Part shown: piece by piece, positions 47,856 to 57,586 of the stretch | Position numbering within the stretch: position 1 is the stretch's first letter | Layout: every line of letters begins with the position of its first letter | Source: an uncultured Candidatus Saccharibacteria bacterium | GTDB lineage: Bacteria > Patescibacteriota > Saccharimonadia > CAZBQI01 | DNA: 64,000 nucleotides | Assembly: GCA_964494105.1 (NCBI GenBank) | Contig: CAZBQI010000005.1 | Span: forward strand, 10,646-74,645 | Reading direction: 5' to 3' | The notes under the pieces: generated by a model | Told to the model about the DNA's origin: nothing | Databases searched by the model: none | Seen by the model: the letters and a program-made list of their open reading frames with translations, nothing else | Translations under genes and position numbers: made by a program

Positions 47856-48410
47856 ATGGGCGAATCAAAGAGTGCTACTGTCATAAATACCCTGCCTTCG
47901 CAGGGAGAATTTGTATACAACGCCGACAAAGCTTTGACGCGTCTATGGGGTGTATTTTTTAGAGGCTGGGACTACCCTGTAGTGTTAGATGAAGTAATAG
48001 ATAAATTACAGCAAAGATTAGTTGTTCCAGGAATAAACATTTCGCATAGCGCCATACCTGCAGTATCCCTAACAAGAGAGGCACAAAGAAATGGCGCAAC
48101 TTCAAAAGGGGTAGTCGAAATTGGTTTCCACACGCCTGTATCAGATACAATAGAGGGGCAGCCAATTTTACTTACCCTAGGAAATGGCTTTGCCACAGTA
48201 GAACATTTTTTTGACCATACCGAGAGACACCTAATGCTAACAGGCAGAATAAACACCTACGGCATGGCAGACGTAGAGATCGCATCGCCATACGCAGAGT
48301 TATTGCACCATGGCCTACCGAATGATACGTTCTCGATTAACACGCCTAATTACAAATTGTCAATGGCAGTTGCAGGCGTGAATACTTTCATGCAAGTAGC
48401 ATCTCAATAA
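47856..48410 (+). CDS. Hypothetical protein
   Basis: 184-aa ORF, no recognised motif; follows the zinc-ribbon protein. Confidence 0.4.
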   Translation: MGESKSATVINTLPSQGEFVYNADKALTRLWGVFFRGWDYPVVLDEVIDKLQQRLVVPGINISHSAIPAVSLTREAQRNGATSKGVVEIGFHTPVSDTIEGQPILLTLGNGFATVEHFFDHTERHLMLTGRINTYGMADVEIASPYAELLHHGLPNDTFSINTPNYKLSMAVAGVNTFMQVASQ

Positions 48411-48435
48411 AATCAGTCTTGCTATAATCTTTAGT

Positions 48436-49851
48436 ATGAGTGAAATCCGAACACGCTTTGCCGTGAGCCCAACCGGTATGATCCACATAGGCGCTGTAAG
48501 AAGCGCCATTTATGATTGGCTCTTTGCCAAAAATCAAAAGGGCAAACTTATTCTGCGTATAGAAGATACCGATAAGGCTCGTGAGGTTGAGGGCGGCGTC
48601 CAAAACATTATTGATTCGCTAAAATGGCTTGGACTCACATGGGACGAGGGGCCAGATGTTGGTGGAGAACATAAACCATACACGCAATCCGAGCGCCTGG
48701 ATATCTACAAAAAATACGCTCAAGAGTTAATAGATAAGGGCTACGCCTATGCCGATCCATATACACCCGAAGAAGTAGAAGCATTTCGTAGAGAAGCGCA
48801 GGCATCCAAAAAGCCTTTTCTGTACCGCAACCACCGGCCTGAGAACCCACCAAAATGGGACGGCAAACAGCCACTACGCTTGCGTGTTCCTGAGCTCAAA
48901 AGCTATAGTTGGAACGATGTAGTGAGGGGTAAACTTTCGGCCGGCCCGGAAGCCCTTGACGATATTGTGCTAATAAAAAGCGACGGCTACCCAACCTATA
49001 ATTTTTGCCACATTGTCGATGACCAGCTAATGGACATTACTCACGTACTGAGAGCCGATGAATTTATAGCCTCAGTGCCGAAGTACCTAAGTATTTACGA
49101 AGCCTTTGGCTGGAAACCACCGAAATTTGCCACACTACCGCCAATTCTTGGCAAGGACGGCAACAAAAAACTCAGCAAGCGGGACGGTGCGCAGTCAGTG
49201 CTCGATTATCGTGATTTGGGTTACTTGCCGGAAGCCATTATTAACTTCCTGGTACTGCTTGGCTGGAATGACGGCACTGAACAAGAAATTTTCACTCCGT
49301 CTGAATTAGCTCAGAAGTTTTCATTGGATCGCATTCAAAAAAGCCCAGCCAGGTTCGACCAAGATCGACTAGACTGGATTAGCTCACAGCATATTCGTAA
49401 ACTCACGATTGATGAGCTACTAGAAAAATCATCAGATTTTTGGCCAAAGGATAGTAAAGAAACCAATAAAGCCATCATGAGACGCATTCTCACCATCGAA
49501 CAGGAGCGCCTAAAGAATTTTAGCGAGCTCAAATTATTGCCAGAATTCTACTTTCAGCCGCCACCCTTAACAGCTAGCGACTTAACTCAAATCTCGGCTC
49601 AGGAGCTCAAGTTATGGCTACAGCAAGTATGCAAAATTATTATGGCTAACGGAACAGAAGATAGAGAAAAACTTGAAAAACAGATACGTGAAGCAATCGG
49701 CAAGCAATCAGCAAAACCCGGAGTACTATTTGGAGTTCTACGGATAGCGCTCACCAATGCTGATCGCACGCCGCCCATCTGGGATTTGGCCTTTATTCTT
49801 GGGCAAAATGAAACTATTAGTCGCCTTGAGAAAGCCGGAGCGCTATTGTAA
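48436..49851 (+). CDS. gltX: Glutamate--tRNA ligase
   Basis: HIGH variant SPTGMIHIGAVRSA, KMSKS variant KLSKRDG and a GluRS-like catalytic core; 471 aa. Confidence 0.9.
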   Translation: MSEIRTRFAVSPTGMIHIGAVRSAIYDWLFAKNQKGKLILRIEDTDKAREVEGGVQNIIDSLKWLGLTWDEGPDVGGEHKPYTQSERLDIYKKYAQELIDKGYAYADPYTPEEVEAFRREAQASKKPFLYRNHRPENPPKWDGKQPLRLRVPELKSYSWNDVVRGKLSAGPEALDDIVLIKSDGYPTYNFCHIVDDQLMDITHVLRADEFIASVPKYLSIYEAFGWKPPKFATLPPILGKDGNKKLSKRDGAQSVLDYRDLGYLPEAIINFLVLLGWNDGTEQEIFTPSELAQKFSLDRIQKSPARFDQDRLDWISSQHIRKLTIDELLEKSSDFWPKDSKETNKAIMRRILTIEQERLKNFSELKLLPEFYFQPPPLTASDLTQISAQELKLWLQQVCKIIMANGTEDREKLEKQIREAIGKQSAKPGVLFGVLRIALTNADRTPPIWDLAFILGQNETISRLEKAGALL

Positions 49852-49868
49852 AATCAGGAAATATTCCT

Positions 49869-50996
49869 ATGGAAACAATTAACATCAACGAAAACCAAAA
49901 CGACCTAGAAGACATAAAAATCGAGCAACCAAGTCCGGTTGACGAGCCACAACCCAAAGGCAAATTCAAGCGCCTTTTTAATTGGATGCGCGAACACAAA
50001 ATCAAAACTTTACTAATTGCACTAACGTTTATCGCTGCCTGCTCAGTGGCCGGGTACTTTTATTGGAAAAACCATCAGCCGATTAATCAGCCCAGCAAGT
50101 ACAATGGCAAAGTTAAAACAACTGTGCCATCACCACTTACCGGTTTAGAGGTAAGCAAAGAAGAAGCGAAACGCCCCGTAACTGGCATAATGATTGAAAA
50201 TTCACCCGATGCGCGCCCGCAATCTGGATTGCAAGCAGCCGGTATTGTGTTCGAAGCAGTAGCCGAAGGTGGCATTACGCGCTTCTTAGCGTTGTTCCAA
50301 GAATCTCGACCCACAATTGTAGGTCCAGTGCGCTCTGTTCGACCATATTACGCTGATTGGGCTGCTGGTTTTGATGCAAGTTTTGCCCACGTTGGCGGAT
50401 CTCAAGATGGGCTTAGTCGTATTAAGCAAAACGGCCTGCTAGATCTTGATCAGTTCTATAATGCCGGAGCTTATTGGCGAGCTACCGATCGCTACGCACC
50501 CCACAACGTTTATACCAACTTCGACCGTATGGATGCCCTAAACAAGCAAAAAGGCAAGAACGACAGTAAATTTACAGCTTATGAACGAAAGAAAGACACC
50601 CCAATAGTGCCGCCAACTGCTACCACCTTGAGTTTCGATTTTTCGGGACCGTTATTTGCTGTGCAGTGGAAGTATGATCAACCAACCAATAGCTACCTGC
50701 GATTCTTGGCTGGAGCACCACAAGTTGATCGAGAATCAAACAAACAGCTTAACAGTAAAAACGTTGTGTTAATCAATATGCCAACAACCTACAGCGGGCA
50801 ATACGCTGTAATGCCTTCAGTAGGTAGTGGCACGGCTGTTGTATTTCGCGATGGCACCACCATTAAAGGCACCTGGAATAAGCCCGCCGCTAAAGACCAA
50901 CTCCAATTAAATGACGAAGCCGGTAAGCCCATACCTCTCAACAAGGGCAATACTTGGTTTGAGATTGTTCCAGTTGGCCGAGCTGTCACGTTCTAG
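49869..50996 (+). CDS. DUF3048 (YerB-like) membrane-anchored protein
   Basis: N-terminal TM; ENSPDARPQSGLQAAGIVFEAVAEGGITRFLALF matches the DUF3048 core. Confidence 0.7.
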   Translation: METININENQNDLEDIKIEQPSPVDEPQPKGKFKRLFNWMREHKIKTLLIALTFIAACSVAGYFYWKNHQPINQPSKYNGKVKTTVPSPLTGLEVSKEEAKRPVTGIMIENSPDARPQSGLQAAGIVFEAVAEGGITRFLALFQESRPTIVGPVRSVRPYYADWAAGFDASFAHVGGSQDGLSRIKQNGLLDLDQFYNAGAYWRATDRYAPHNVYTNFDRMDALNKQKGKNDSKFTAYERKKDTPIVPPTATTLSFDFSGPLFAVQWKYDQPTNSYLRFLAGAPQVDRESNKQLNSKNVVLINMPTTYSGQYAVMPSVGSGTAVVFRDGTTIKGTWNKPAAKDQLQLNDEAGKPIPLNKGNTWFEIVPVGRAVTF

Positions 50997-51038
50997 CACA
51001 AGCTTTATAGATATGGTTAATTCGTATATTCTAGTTCT

Positions 51039-52571
51039 ATGAAAGAGCTTAAGGTTTTTCGGCGCAATTTCTTCGCCGTACTGTTGTTTTCACAATTACT
51101 ACCTTTAGCATTGGCCGTTGCTATTTACTTTGGATTATCGCAATACACTAATGCCCAAACGACAATCGCCATTAATACTGCTCTAGCAACAGGTCTACTG
51201 GCTGGTCTCGTTATTGTATTTTTGTTGTTTAATATTTACACCGCGGCAATCGGTCGCTTATATAGACATGTTGATGAACTTAAAAATCGCAACCTCGAAT
51301 ATCGGACGGCTTTTCACCGAAAGGGACTGTACGGCGCCTTCGCTGACCGCCTAAACTGGCTTAGTGATCGCTTTCAACAATACGATTCCTCGTCCAAAGC
51401 AGAAAGCGATGTGCTAGTTGCAGAAACCCAAAGATTGCGAGCAGTGCTGAATTCAATCAAAGACGGGATTTTGGCTTTAGATAAAAACGGCTGTATTGTG
51501 CTTTTCAATAAGGCTGCAGAGAGCATTTCAGGCTTTAGCGTAGCTCAGGCAGCCGGGAAACCATTTAACCATATACTGCCTATGATGAAGGGTAATTCGC
51601 TAGTTGTGAGCCAGTGGTTACAAACAGTAGAGGACAGAGCTTACAAAGAACAGCACTGGGAAAACGTTCGGCTAAAAACATCGAAAGGTGTACAAAAAAC
51701 AGTTAACATCGATGCACTATACCAAGGCTCTGATCCAAACGGCATTAGGACCCTCATCACCTTTAATGATCGCACCGAGGCACAACAGGTAGAGGATATG
51801 AAGCTCGACTTTATTGCATTAGCCGCCCACGAACTAAGAACGCCAATCACCGTCATTAAAGGCTATGTGGAAATACTAGAAAACGAGCTTAAGAGCGAAC
51901 TCAATGGCTCACAAAAAGAAGACTTAAAAAGACTAAGCATATCAGCTAATCAGTTGTCTTCAATAATTAATAATATCCTTCACGTTTCTAGAATTGAACA
52001 TGGCAACCTAAGCTTAAAGCTGGAATCGACCGACTGGATAGAACTATTTCGCTCAATTGCACAGAATATCGCAACAAAAGCTCAGTCAACCAACAAAAAA
52101 ATTGTCCTCAGAATTAACGGCAAGATTCCTGCCGTTAGCGTTGATCGCATGAGTATTGCAGAAGTGGTTACCAATTTGCTCGATAATGCGCTGAAATATA
52201 GTCCCGAAAACTCAACCGTAACCGTGACCATCGGCGTCAATAATTCTATGATCGAGACGCTAATTACAGACAGGGGAGCCGGCATTCCTGAAAACGACCT
52301 AGACAAGTTATTCGTAAAGTTTTTTCGCTCACACCATACGCGAAGTTCGCATGCAGGAACCGGGCTTGGACTTTACATGTGTAAGGGGATTATTGAGGCT
52401 CACGGTGGAAGCATCTGGGTTAGTTCTAAGCAGGGCGAAGGCTCGACATTCGGCTTCAGTTTGCCCATTTCTAACAAGGTTAATGCCGGTGCTGAATCGA
52501 AAGATAGTACAATAAAAATTATGAAAGGTGTTCATGGATGGATCAAAAACCATTCTCTTTATCGAGGATGA
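51039..52571 (+). CDS. Sensor histidine kinase (TM - PAS - HisKA - HATPase_c)
   Basis: H-box LAAHELRTPIT, N-box LLDNALKYS, G-boxes DRGAGI and GTGLGL; PAS-like region around DGILALDKNGCIVLFNKAAESISG. Confidence 0.85.
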   Translation: MKELKVFRRNFFAVLLFSQLLPLALAVAIYFGLSQYTNAQTTIAINTALATGLLAGLVIVFLLFNIYTAAIGRLYRHVDELKNRNLEYRTAFHRKGLYGAFADRLNWLSDRFQQYDSSSKAESDVLVAETQRLRAVLNSIKDGILALDKNGCIVLFNKAAESISGFSVAQAAGKPFNHILPMMKGNSLVVSQWLQTVEDRAYKEQHWENVRLKTSKGVQKTVNIDALYQGSDPNGIRTLITFNDRTEAQQVEDMKLDFIALAAHELRTPITVIKGYVEILENELKSELNGSQKEDLKRLSISANQLSSIINNILHVSRIEHGNLSLKLESTDWIELFRSIAQNIATKAQSTNKKIVLRINGKIPAVSVDRMSIAEVVTNLLDNALKYSPENSTVTVTIGVNNSMIETLITDRGAGIPENDLDKLFVKFFRSHHTRSSHAGTGLGLYMCKGIIEAHGGSIWVSSKQGEGSTFGFSLPISNKVNAGAESKDSTIKIMKGVHGWIKNHSLYRG

Positions 52572-52914
52572 CCCGTTTATATCAGATATGTATACTCACG
52601 TACTGCGGAAGGCAGATTATGATGTCGATACAGCCCGCGATGGCCTAACAGGATATAAAAAAGCAACCAGTGGCACCTACAAACTTATTCTGTTGGACAT
52701 TATGATTCCCGATATCAACGGAATTGATTTGCTAGAAAAACTCAGGGGAGTAGACGGCCAAGGTCTACCCAACACAAAGATTGTGATATTAACAAATCTG
52801 GCACAAGACGACGAATCGCGCCGAGCTCTCGAAAATCAGGCTGACGGATACTTAATTAAGGCCGACATTACCCCGAATAAGTTGGTAGAGCTTGTAAAGC
52901 AAATTATTGGCTAA
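52534..52914 (+). CDS. Stand-alone receiver (CheY-like) response regulator; start at ATG 52534 preferred over GTG 52528
   Basis: ILFIEDD, LLDIMIPDINGIDLL (phospho-Asp) and a conserved Lys region; no output domain. Confidence 0.8.
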   Translation: MDGSKTILFIEDDPFISDMYTHVLRKADYDVDTARDGLTGYKKATSGTYKLILLDIMIPDINGIDLLEKLRGVDGQGLPNTKIVILTNLAQDDESRRALENQADGYLIKADITPNKLVELVKQIIG

Positions 52915-52976
52915 CCCCCAAAATAAATCAGCAATAACTAGTCCATCTTTTTGCTATAATTTACCAGAGTTAGCGT

Positions 52977-53053
52977 GGCCCCGTCGTCTAGCGGTTTAGG
53001 ACATCTGGTTCTCATCCAGAAGATCGCGGGTTCGAATCCCGCCGGGGTCACCA
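52977..53053 (+). tRNA. tRNA-Glu (anticodon CTC), encoded CCA
   Basis: GGCCCCGTCGTCTAGCGGTTTAGGACATCTGG-TTCTCAT-CCAGAAGATCGCGGGTTCGAATCCCGCCGGGGTCACCA folds as a cloverleaf. Confidence 0.9.
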
Positions 53054-53114
53054 ACCAAATTTATTGCATTTCATCTGTAAAATCGTCATACTGAAATAGT
53101 AAAACATAAGAGAC

Positions 53115-54887
53115 ATGCTACCCGTACAAACTAAAGCTTATAAGATATTAAACTATGCTATTTTAGCCGCCAGCGCGCTAATTGCTTTAATTTATTTTGT
53201 ACTGCTTTATAGCAGAATACTGGGCACAGATGAATTTTTAGGCACATCAGCTACTACTACCGCCATAGCCCTAGTAAACGTCGCCTACATTCTAGTGATA
53301 TACCCATTTTTGAGTAAAAAATCAGAAATTGCCGCCTCACTTATCGGGTGCAGTATTTTTGCGGTCAACCTAGTAATCCTATTGCTGGCTACTGGCGGTT
53401 TTGGTTCGCCGTTTTACGCAGCTTGGCTTTTACTAATCTTAGCAGTCGGTATTTATCGACCTAGCGTGCCAATTGCACTCCTTGTTGCCACAACGATCTA
53501 CTTCGTCGGAATTGCAGCTAGTGCCGAATTCAAGCCGGAATTCTTTACCCAGACAATTATCTCACTCATTACCACCTATATTGCCGGTGCGCTAGGCTTC
53601 TGGCTGTGGCATACTCAACACACAAAGCTACGTCAGCAAGACAAAGTTACAGAGCTAACTCACGAACTAACACGGGAGCAACTTCAATCTGAAATACTCC
53701 TACATAGTATTGGTGATGGCGTAATAGTGACCGACACAAACGGTACGGTTAAGCTATTAAATCCGGCCGGAGAAAGCATTACCGGCTGGAGCGAAAATGA
53801 AGCTAAATCTATTGATTACTCGGTGGTAATGCCCTTAAGTAGCGAAGATGGCAGTCCGCTAAATGAAGGTGACCCAGCTAAACTAGCCATTAACAAAAAA
53901 CAGAGCATCACCCGTACAGACATTGTGCTGAATAACAAGTCAGGCAAAAAACTTGGTCTTTCTCTAATAGCATCACCCGTATTCAACGAAGCTAGATCGG
54001 TTACTGGGGTCGTTATGGTTTTTCGTGATATAAGTGAGAGCAAAACAAACGAAAGACAACGAGATGAATTTATTTCTACAGCCAGCCATGAAATGCGTAC
54101 TCCAGTAGCAGCTATCGATGGCTATATTTCTTTGGCGTTAAACGAAAAAGTAGCCAATATCGACGACAAAGCCAGAAACTATCTGGTTAAGGCCAGAGAT
54201 ACGACCCATCATTTAGGGAAACTATTCCAGGACCTACTATCAACAACAAAACTAGAAGAAGGCAAGCTACCAAACCATCCTGAGATTTTTGATCTTAGCA
54301 GTTTGGCTCAAGTAACGGTTGATGAACTGAAATTTAAAGCAGAGAAGAAAAGAGTGTCAATTGCCATTATTAGTCGACACGAGCACGGTGATACGCGGAG
54401 TATTCAGCCACTTTATTATGTGAATGCCGATCCGGAGCGTATTAGGGAAGTCCTGAGCAACCTCATTGATAACGCAATAAAGTTCAGTCAAAAGGGCGAA
54501 GTGACAATCACCATGAATAACGACGAAAAAAACGTTATTGTTGGTATACACGATACCGGTATTGGCATTGCAAAAGAAGATTTACCACATCTTTTTCAGA
54601 AATTCTATCGAATAGATAATACAAAAACTCGCTCAATTGGTGGTACCGGGCTTGGTTTGTACCTTTGTCGAACGATAGTTGAGCTAGCCGGTGGCCGAAT
54701 GTGGGCCGAAAGCAAACTAGATGAAGGTAGTCATTTCTACTTCAGCTTGCCACGCGTAGCTAGTACCGATGCGCTGGTTATGCGGGCCAAACAAAAGAGT
54801 GGCGCTCATGAAATCATTAGGAAAACACTAATTCCCACTAGCGCAAATACTCCTGTTGCGTCTAGCATAAGCGATAAAGTAAAATGA
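53115..54887 (+). CDS. Sensor histidine kinase with about 6 N-terminal TM helices (TM bundle - PAS - HisKA - HATPase_c)
   Basis: H-box TASHEMRTPVAAI, N-box LIDNAIKFS, G-boxes DTGIGI and GTGLGL; PAS region HSIGDGVIVTDTNGTVKLLN. Confidence 0.85.
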   Translation: MLPVQTKAYKILNYAILAASALIALIYFVLLYSRILGTDEFLGTSATTTAIALVNVAYILVIYPFLSKKSEIAASLIGCSIFAVNLVILLLATGGFGSPFYAAWLLLILAVGIYRPSVPIALLVATTIYFVGIAASAEFKPEFFTQTIISLITTYIAGALGFWLWHTQHTKLRQQDKVTELTHELTREQLQSEILLHSIGDGVIVTDTNGTVKLLNPAGESITGWSENEAKSIDYSVVMPLSSEDGSPLNEGDPAKLAINKKQSITRTDIVLNNKSGKKLGLSLIASPVFNEARSVTGVVMVFRDISESKTNERQRDEFISTASHEMRTPVAAIDGYISLALNEKVANIDDKARNYLVKARDTTHHLGKLFQDLLSTTKLEEGKLPNHPEIFDLSSLAQVTVDELKFKAEKKRVSIAIISRHEHGDTRSIQPLYYVNADPERIREVLSNLIDNAIKFSQKGEVTITMNNDEKNVIVGIHDTGIGIAKEDLPHLFQKFYRIDNTKTRSIGGTGLGLYLCRTIVELAGGRMWAESKLDEGSHFYFSLPRVASTDALVMRAKQKSGAHEIIRKTLIPTSANTPVASSISDKVK

Positions 54888-55462
54888 CTACAACAGGCAA
54901 TAGAAACGAGACACGAATGACTACAATTTTACTGGTTGAGGATGACATCAACCTTCGAGAGATATATGCAGCCAGGCTAGAGGCTGAAGATTATAAGGTG
55001 GTGGTGGCGTCTGACGGCGAAGAAGCGCTAGCAAAAAGCATCAAAGAAAAACCAGCTCTTATTTTGCTCGACGTCATGATGCCAAAAATAAGTGGTTTTG
55101 ACGTACTAGATATTATTCGATCGACGCCAGAAACACGGAGCGTAAAAGTCATTATGCTAACAGCCCTAAGTCAGTCAAGTGATAAAGCCAGGGGCGAAAG
55201 ACTAGGGGTTAATAAATACTTGGTTAAGTCTCAAATAACTCTCGAAGACGTTGTTGACTCGGTCAAAAATATCTTGAACGAATCTCAACAATCTGGCAAA
55301 ACAAAAACCAAATCTACCAACGAGCCTTCCGAAAGCGAGCAAATCGAGGCAGCCGTTGCCTCGCTGTCTAGCGAGCAAGCAAACACGTCAATTAACAGCA
55401 AGCGTGAATACATTAAGCCATCCGAAGAAAACCAGGATTCCACAGAAGATAGTGAGGATTAA
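54884..55462 (+). CDS. Stand-alone receiver-domain response regulator with acidic Ser/Glu-rich C-terminal tail
   Basis: ILLVEDD and LILLDVMMPKISGFDVL; about 60 aa tail rich in S, E, Q; ATGA overlap with the kinase. Confidence 0.8.
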   Translation: MTTTGNRNETRMTTILLVEDDINLREIYAARLEAEDYKVVVASDGEEALAKSIKEKPALILLDVMMPKISGFDVLDIIRSTPETRSVKVIMLTALSQSSDKARGERLGVNKYLVKSQITLEDVVDSVKNILNESQQSGKTKTKSTNEPSESEQIEAAVASLSSEQANTSINSKREYIKPSEENQDSTEDSED

Positions 55463-56132
55463 TCAATACTTGGCCCAGGCGATAGGAGTGTCGCGCCGTG
55501 AAGGTGATGATTTAGTAGCTGCCGAGGTTGTTACAGTCAATGGCTCTATTGCATTACTTGGTGCACGAGTAGAAAGTGCCGATAAAGTGGAGGTGCGTGG
55601 CAAATTAGTAGAACCGCGCCCCTACACCTATGTGCTACTTAATAAACCTAAAGGTTATGTGTGTAGTCGAGCACAACAGGGAGACACACCAACCATATAC
55701 AAACTGCTACCAAACGAGTTACGCCACTTAAAGCCCGTTGGTCGACTAGATAAAGATACTAGTGGGCTAATCCTTATGACCAATGACGGCCAGCTAGCCA
55801 ACAAGCTTACACACCCATCGAATGAAAAAATGAAAATTTACATTGCAAAGCTTGACCGCGAATTAAATGAAGGCGACCTAAGAACTCTGAACAGTGGCAT
55901 TCAGCTTGATGACGGCACCAGCAAGCTGCAGGTAGAAAAGCGAAGGAGTAGCGAATATAAAATCACGATGCACGAGGGTCGTAACCGCCAAATTCGGCGA
56001 ACCTTCCGACAGCTTGGCTACGAGGTAATCGCGTTGGAGCGCATTGAATTTGCTGGACTAACCATGAAAAACCTGGGCAACCAGTCATACGTAAAATTAA
56101 GCGACAACGTCTTCAAAGAACGCAGCATGTAG
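55452..56132 (+). CDS. Pseudouridine synthase, RsuA/RluB family (S4 + PseudoU_synth_2). GTG start at 55452; the upstream extension to 55356 is spurious.
   Basis: MRINQYLAQAIGVSRREGDDLV is an S4 N-terminus like RsuA MRLDKFIAQ; catalytic Asp motif VGRLDKDTSGLILMTNDG. Confidence 0.8.
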   Translation: MRINQYLAQAIGVSRREGDDLVAAEVVTVNGSIALLGARVESADKVEVRGKLVEPRPYTYVLLNKPKGYVCSRAQQGDTPTIYKLLPNELRHLKPVGRLDKDTSGLILMTNDGQLANKLTHPSNEKMKIYIAKLDRELNEGDLRTLNSGIQLDDGTSKLQVEKRRSSEYKITMHEGRNRQIRRTFRQLGYEVIALERIEFAGLTMKNLGNQSYVKLSDNVFKERSM

Positions 56133-57458
56133 TGCGCGTTCGGCCTGCTCAACTTCATCCGCTGGCACAATATAGGTATCTTCCGGGCTCATTGGATCAG
56201 AATTAGGAGAGGCAAAACTTACATTCGCCTGATACAAGGCATGTGTAGCACGCATTGCAACTTCGGTACGATTTTTGATAATTTCATTTCCAACCACCCG
56301 AACCGACCCATATTTATCAAAATCTACACGAGCAATCTTTGGATTTGCCTCCTTAATTGCTCCACGTGCCTCTTCAACTGCGACATCAAATGCTACGCGC
56401 CCAGCACCAACACTACCCTCTGGCGGAGTAACAAAAACAGTGAAAGAGTCCGTGCCGCCACTGGTTCCTTCAAGGTGATATCCTCGCTCCTTAAGTGCAG
56501 ACAGTGCGGAAGCTACAGTTCCTTCGTCGTAATCTAGCCCTGGGTAATGCGACGAGAGTCCCCATAAATCACCCCTACCGGCGACACCTAATGCTATGTC
56601 GCCATTTTTGGTTTGCCTTGAGTCGCTCGTAATAACTGTGCCAGGCTCAGTAGATTCATTGAATGTGTTGTATATGTGTGTATCAACACCCGAGCGACTA
56701 AGATGCAGGACAGCCGAAGGATGTATAACAGTAGCCCCTCCCACGCCCAGTGCGCGCTGTTCACGGTAGTCCAGAGTTCTAACTTGCCTAGCTACAGGAA
56801 CAATACTTGGATTTGCAGTATGAACTCCATCTACGTCAGTATAATTTAAATGCAAAACTGCATTTGGATCGTAACGGGCGACAACTGCCGCCGTGATGTC
56901 TGATCCGCCCCGAGGAAATACCTTGATTTCACCTTCGCGGTTAGCGCCATAATAGCCAGCATACACTACGGGCCCAGCTACTGAACCTCTTATACGTCTT
57001 TCATGTTGAACTGCCGCACGCGTCGCTACTTCATCAAGATTACCGAAACGATCAAAAGTGATAATATCAGCAATTTCCTGGTAGGCAAAGCCATTATTTT
57101 CTGCAAACATCCTAGCACTGTAGTGTTCACCACGCGACATTAAATATGGCCTAGGTAGGTATGTGTTTTTCAGGTCTTGCTCTAGCTCAGCCAGCAGTGC
57201 AGTAGAGCCTAAAACCGCGAATCGCTCTAATATTTGACCTTTGATTTCGGTAGTATCACGCCCAAATTCGCGTGCTAAGCCAAAATCGGATAGCAAATCT
57301 GTTACTTTACGTGAGCCATCTGGTAACTTGCCAGGAGCTGACACAACAATAGCCAGATCATCTGCATGCGGTAAATCACGCTCTAAATGGCCTACAAACT
57401 GCCCAATCGATTCAGGGCTAGCCATAGTCGTGCCGCCAGCTTTTGCAACAACAGTCAT
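56097..57458 (-). CDS. lysC: Aspartate kinase (amino-acid-kinase domain plus C-terminal ACT region)
   Basis: N-terminal VVAKAGGTT, IVVSAPGK and the aspartokinase core; 453 aa. Confidence 0.75.
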   Translation of the reverse strand: MTVVAKAGGTTMASPESIGQFVGHLERDLPHADDLAIVVSAPGKLPDGSRKVTDLLSDFGLAREFGRDTTEIKGQILERFAVLGSTALLAELEQDLKNTYLPRPYLMSRGEHYSARMFAENNGFAYQEIADIITFDRFGNLDEVATRAAVQHERRIRGSVAGPVVYAGYYGANREGEIKVFPRGGSDITAAVVARYDPNAVLHLNYTDVDGVHTANPSIVPVARQVRTLDYREQRALGVGGATVIHPSAVLHLSRSGVDTHIYNTFNESTEPGTVITSDSRQTKNGDIALGVAGRGDLWGLSSHYPGLDYDEGTVASALSALKERGYHLEGTSGGTDSFTVFVTPPEGSVGAGRVAFDVAVEEARGAIKEANPKIARVDFDKYGSVRVVGNEIIKNRTEVAMRATHALYQANVSFASPNSDPMSPEDTYIVPADEVEQAERALHAAFFEDVVA

Positions 57459-57586
57459 TTATTAGCCTCCCGTATTTAATTAGTATTAGATAATCTTACC
57501 TAGATTTGTAAATTAGGCAATTATTTTGACTTTTTTGTTAAAATAGCGTACTATTTGATAAATATTTATATTCTCTTGAGGTAGTA

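Noticed and set aside
55356-55451. Upstream extension of the pseudouridine synthase ORF overlapping the receiver gene
   Set aside because: The S4-domain N-terminus MRINQYLAQ begins at GTG 55452; the extension would overlap roughly 100 nt of the receiver's acidic tail in another frame.
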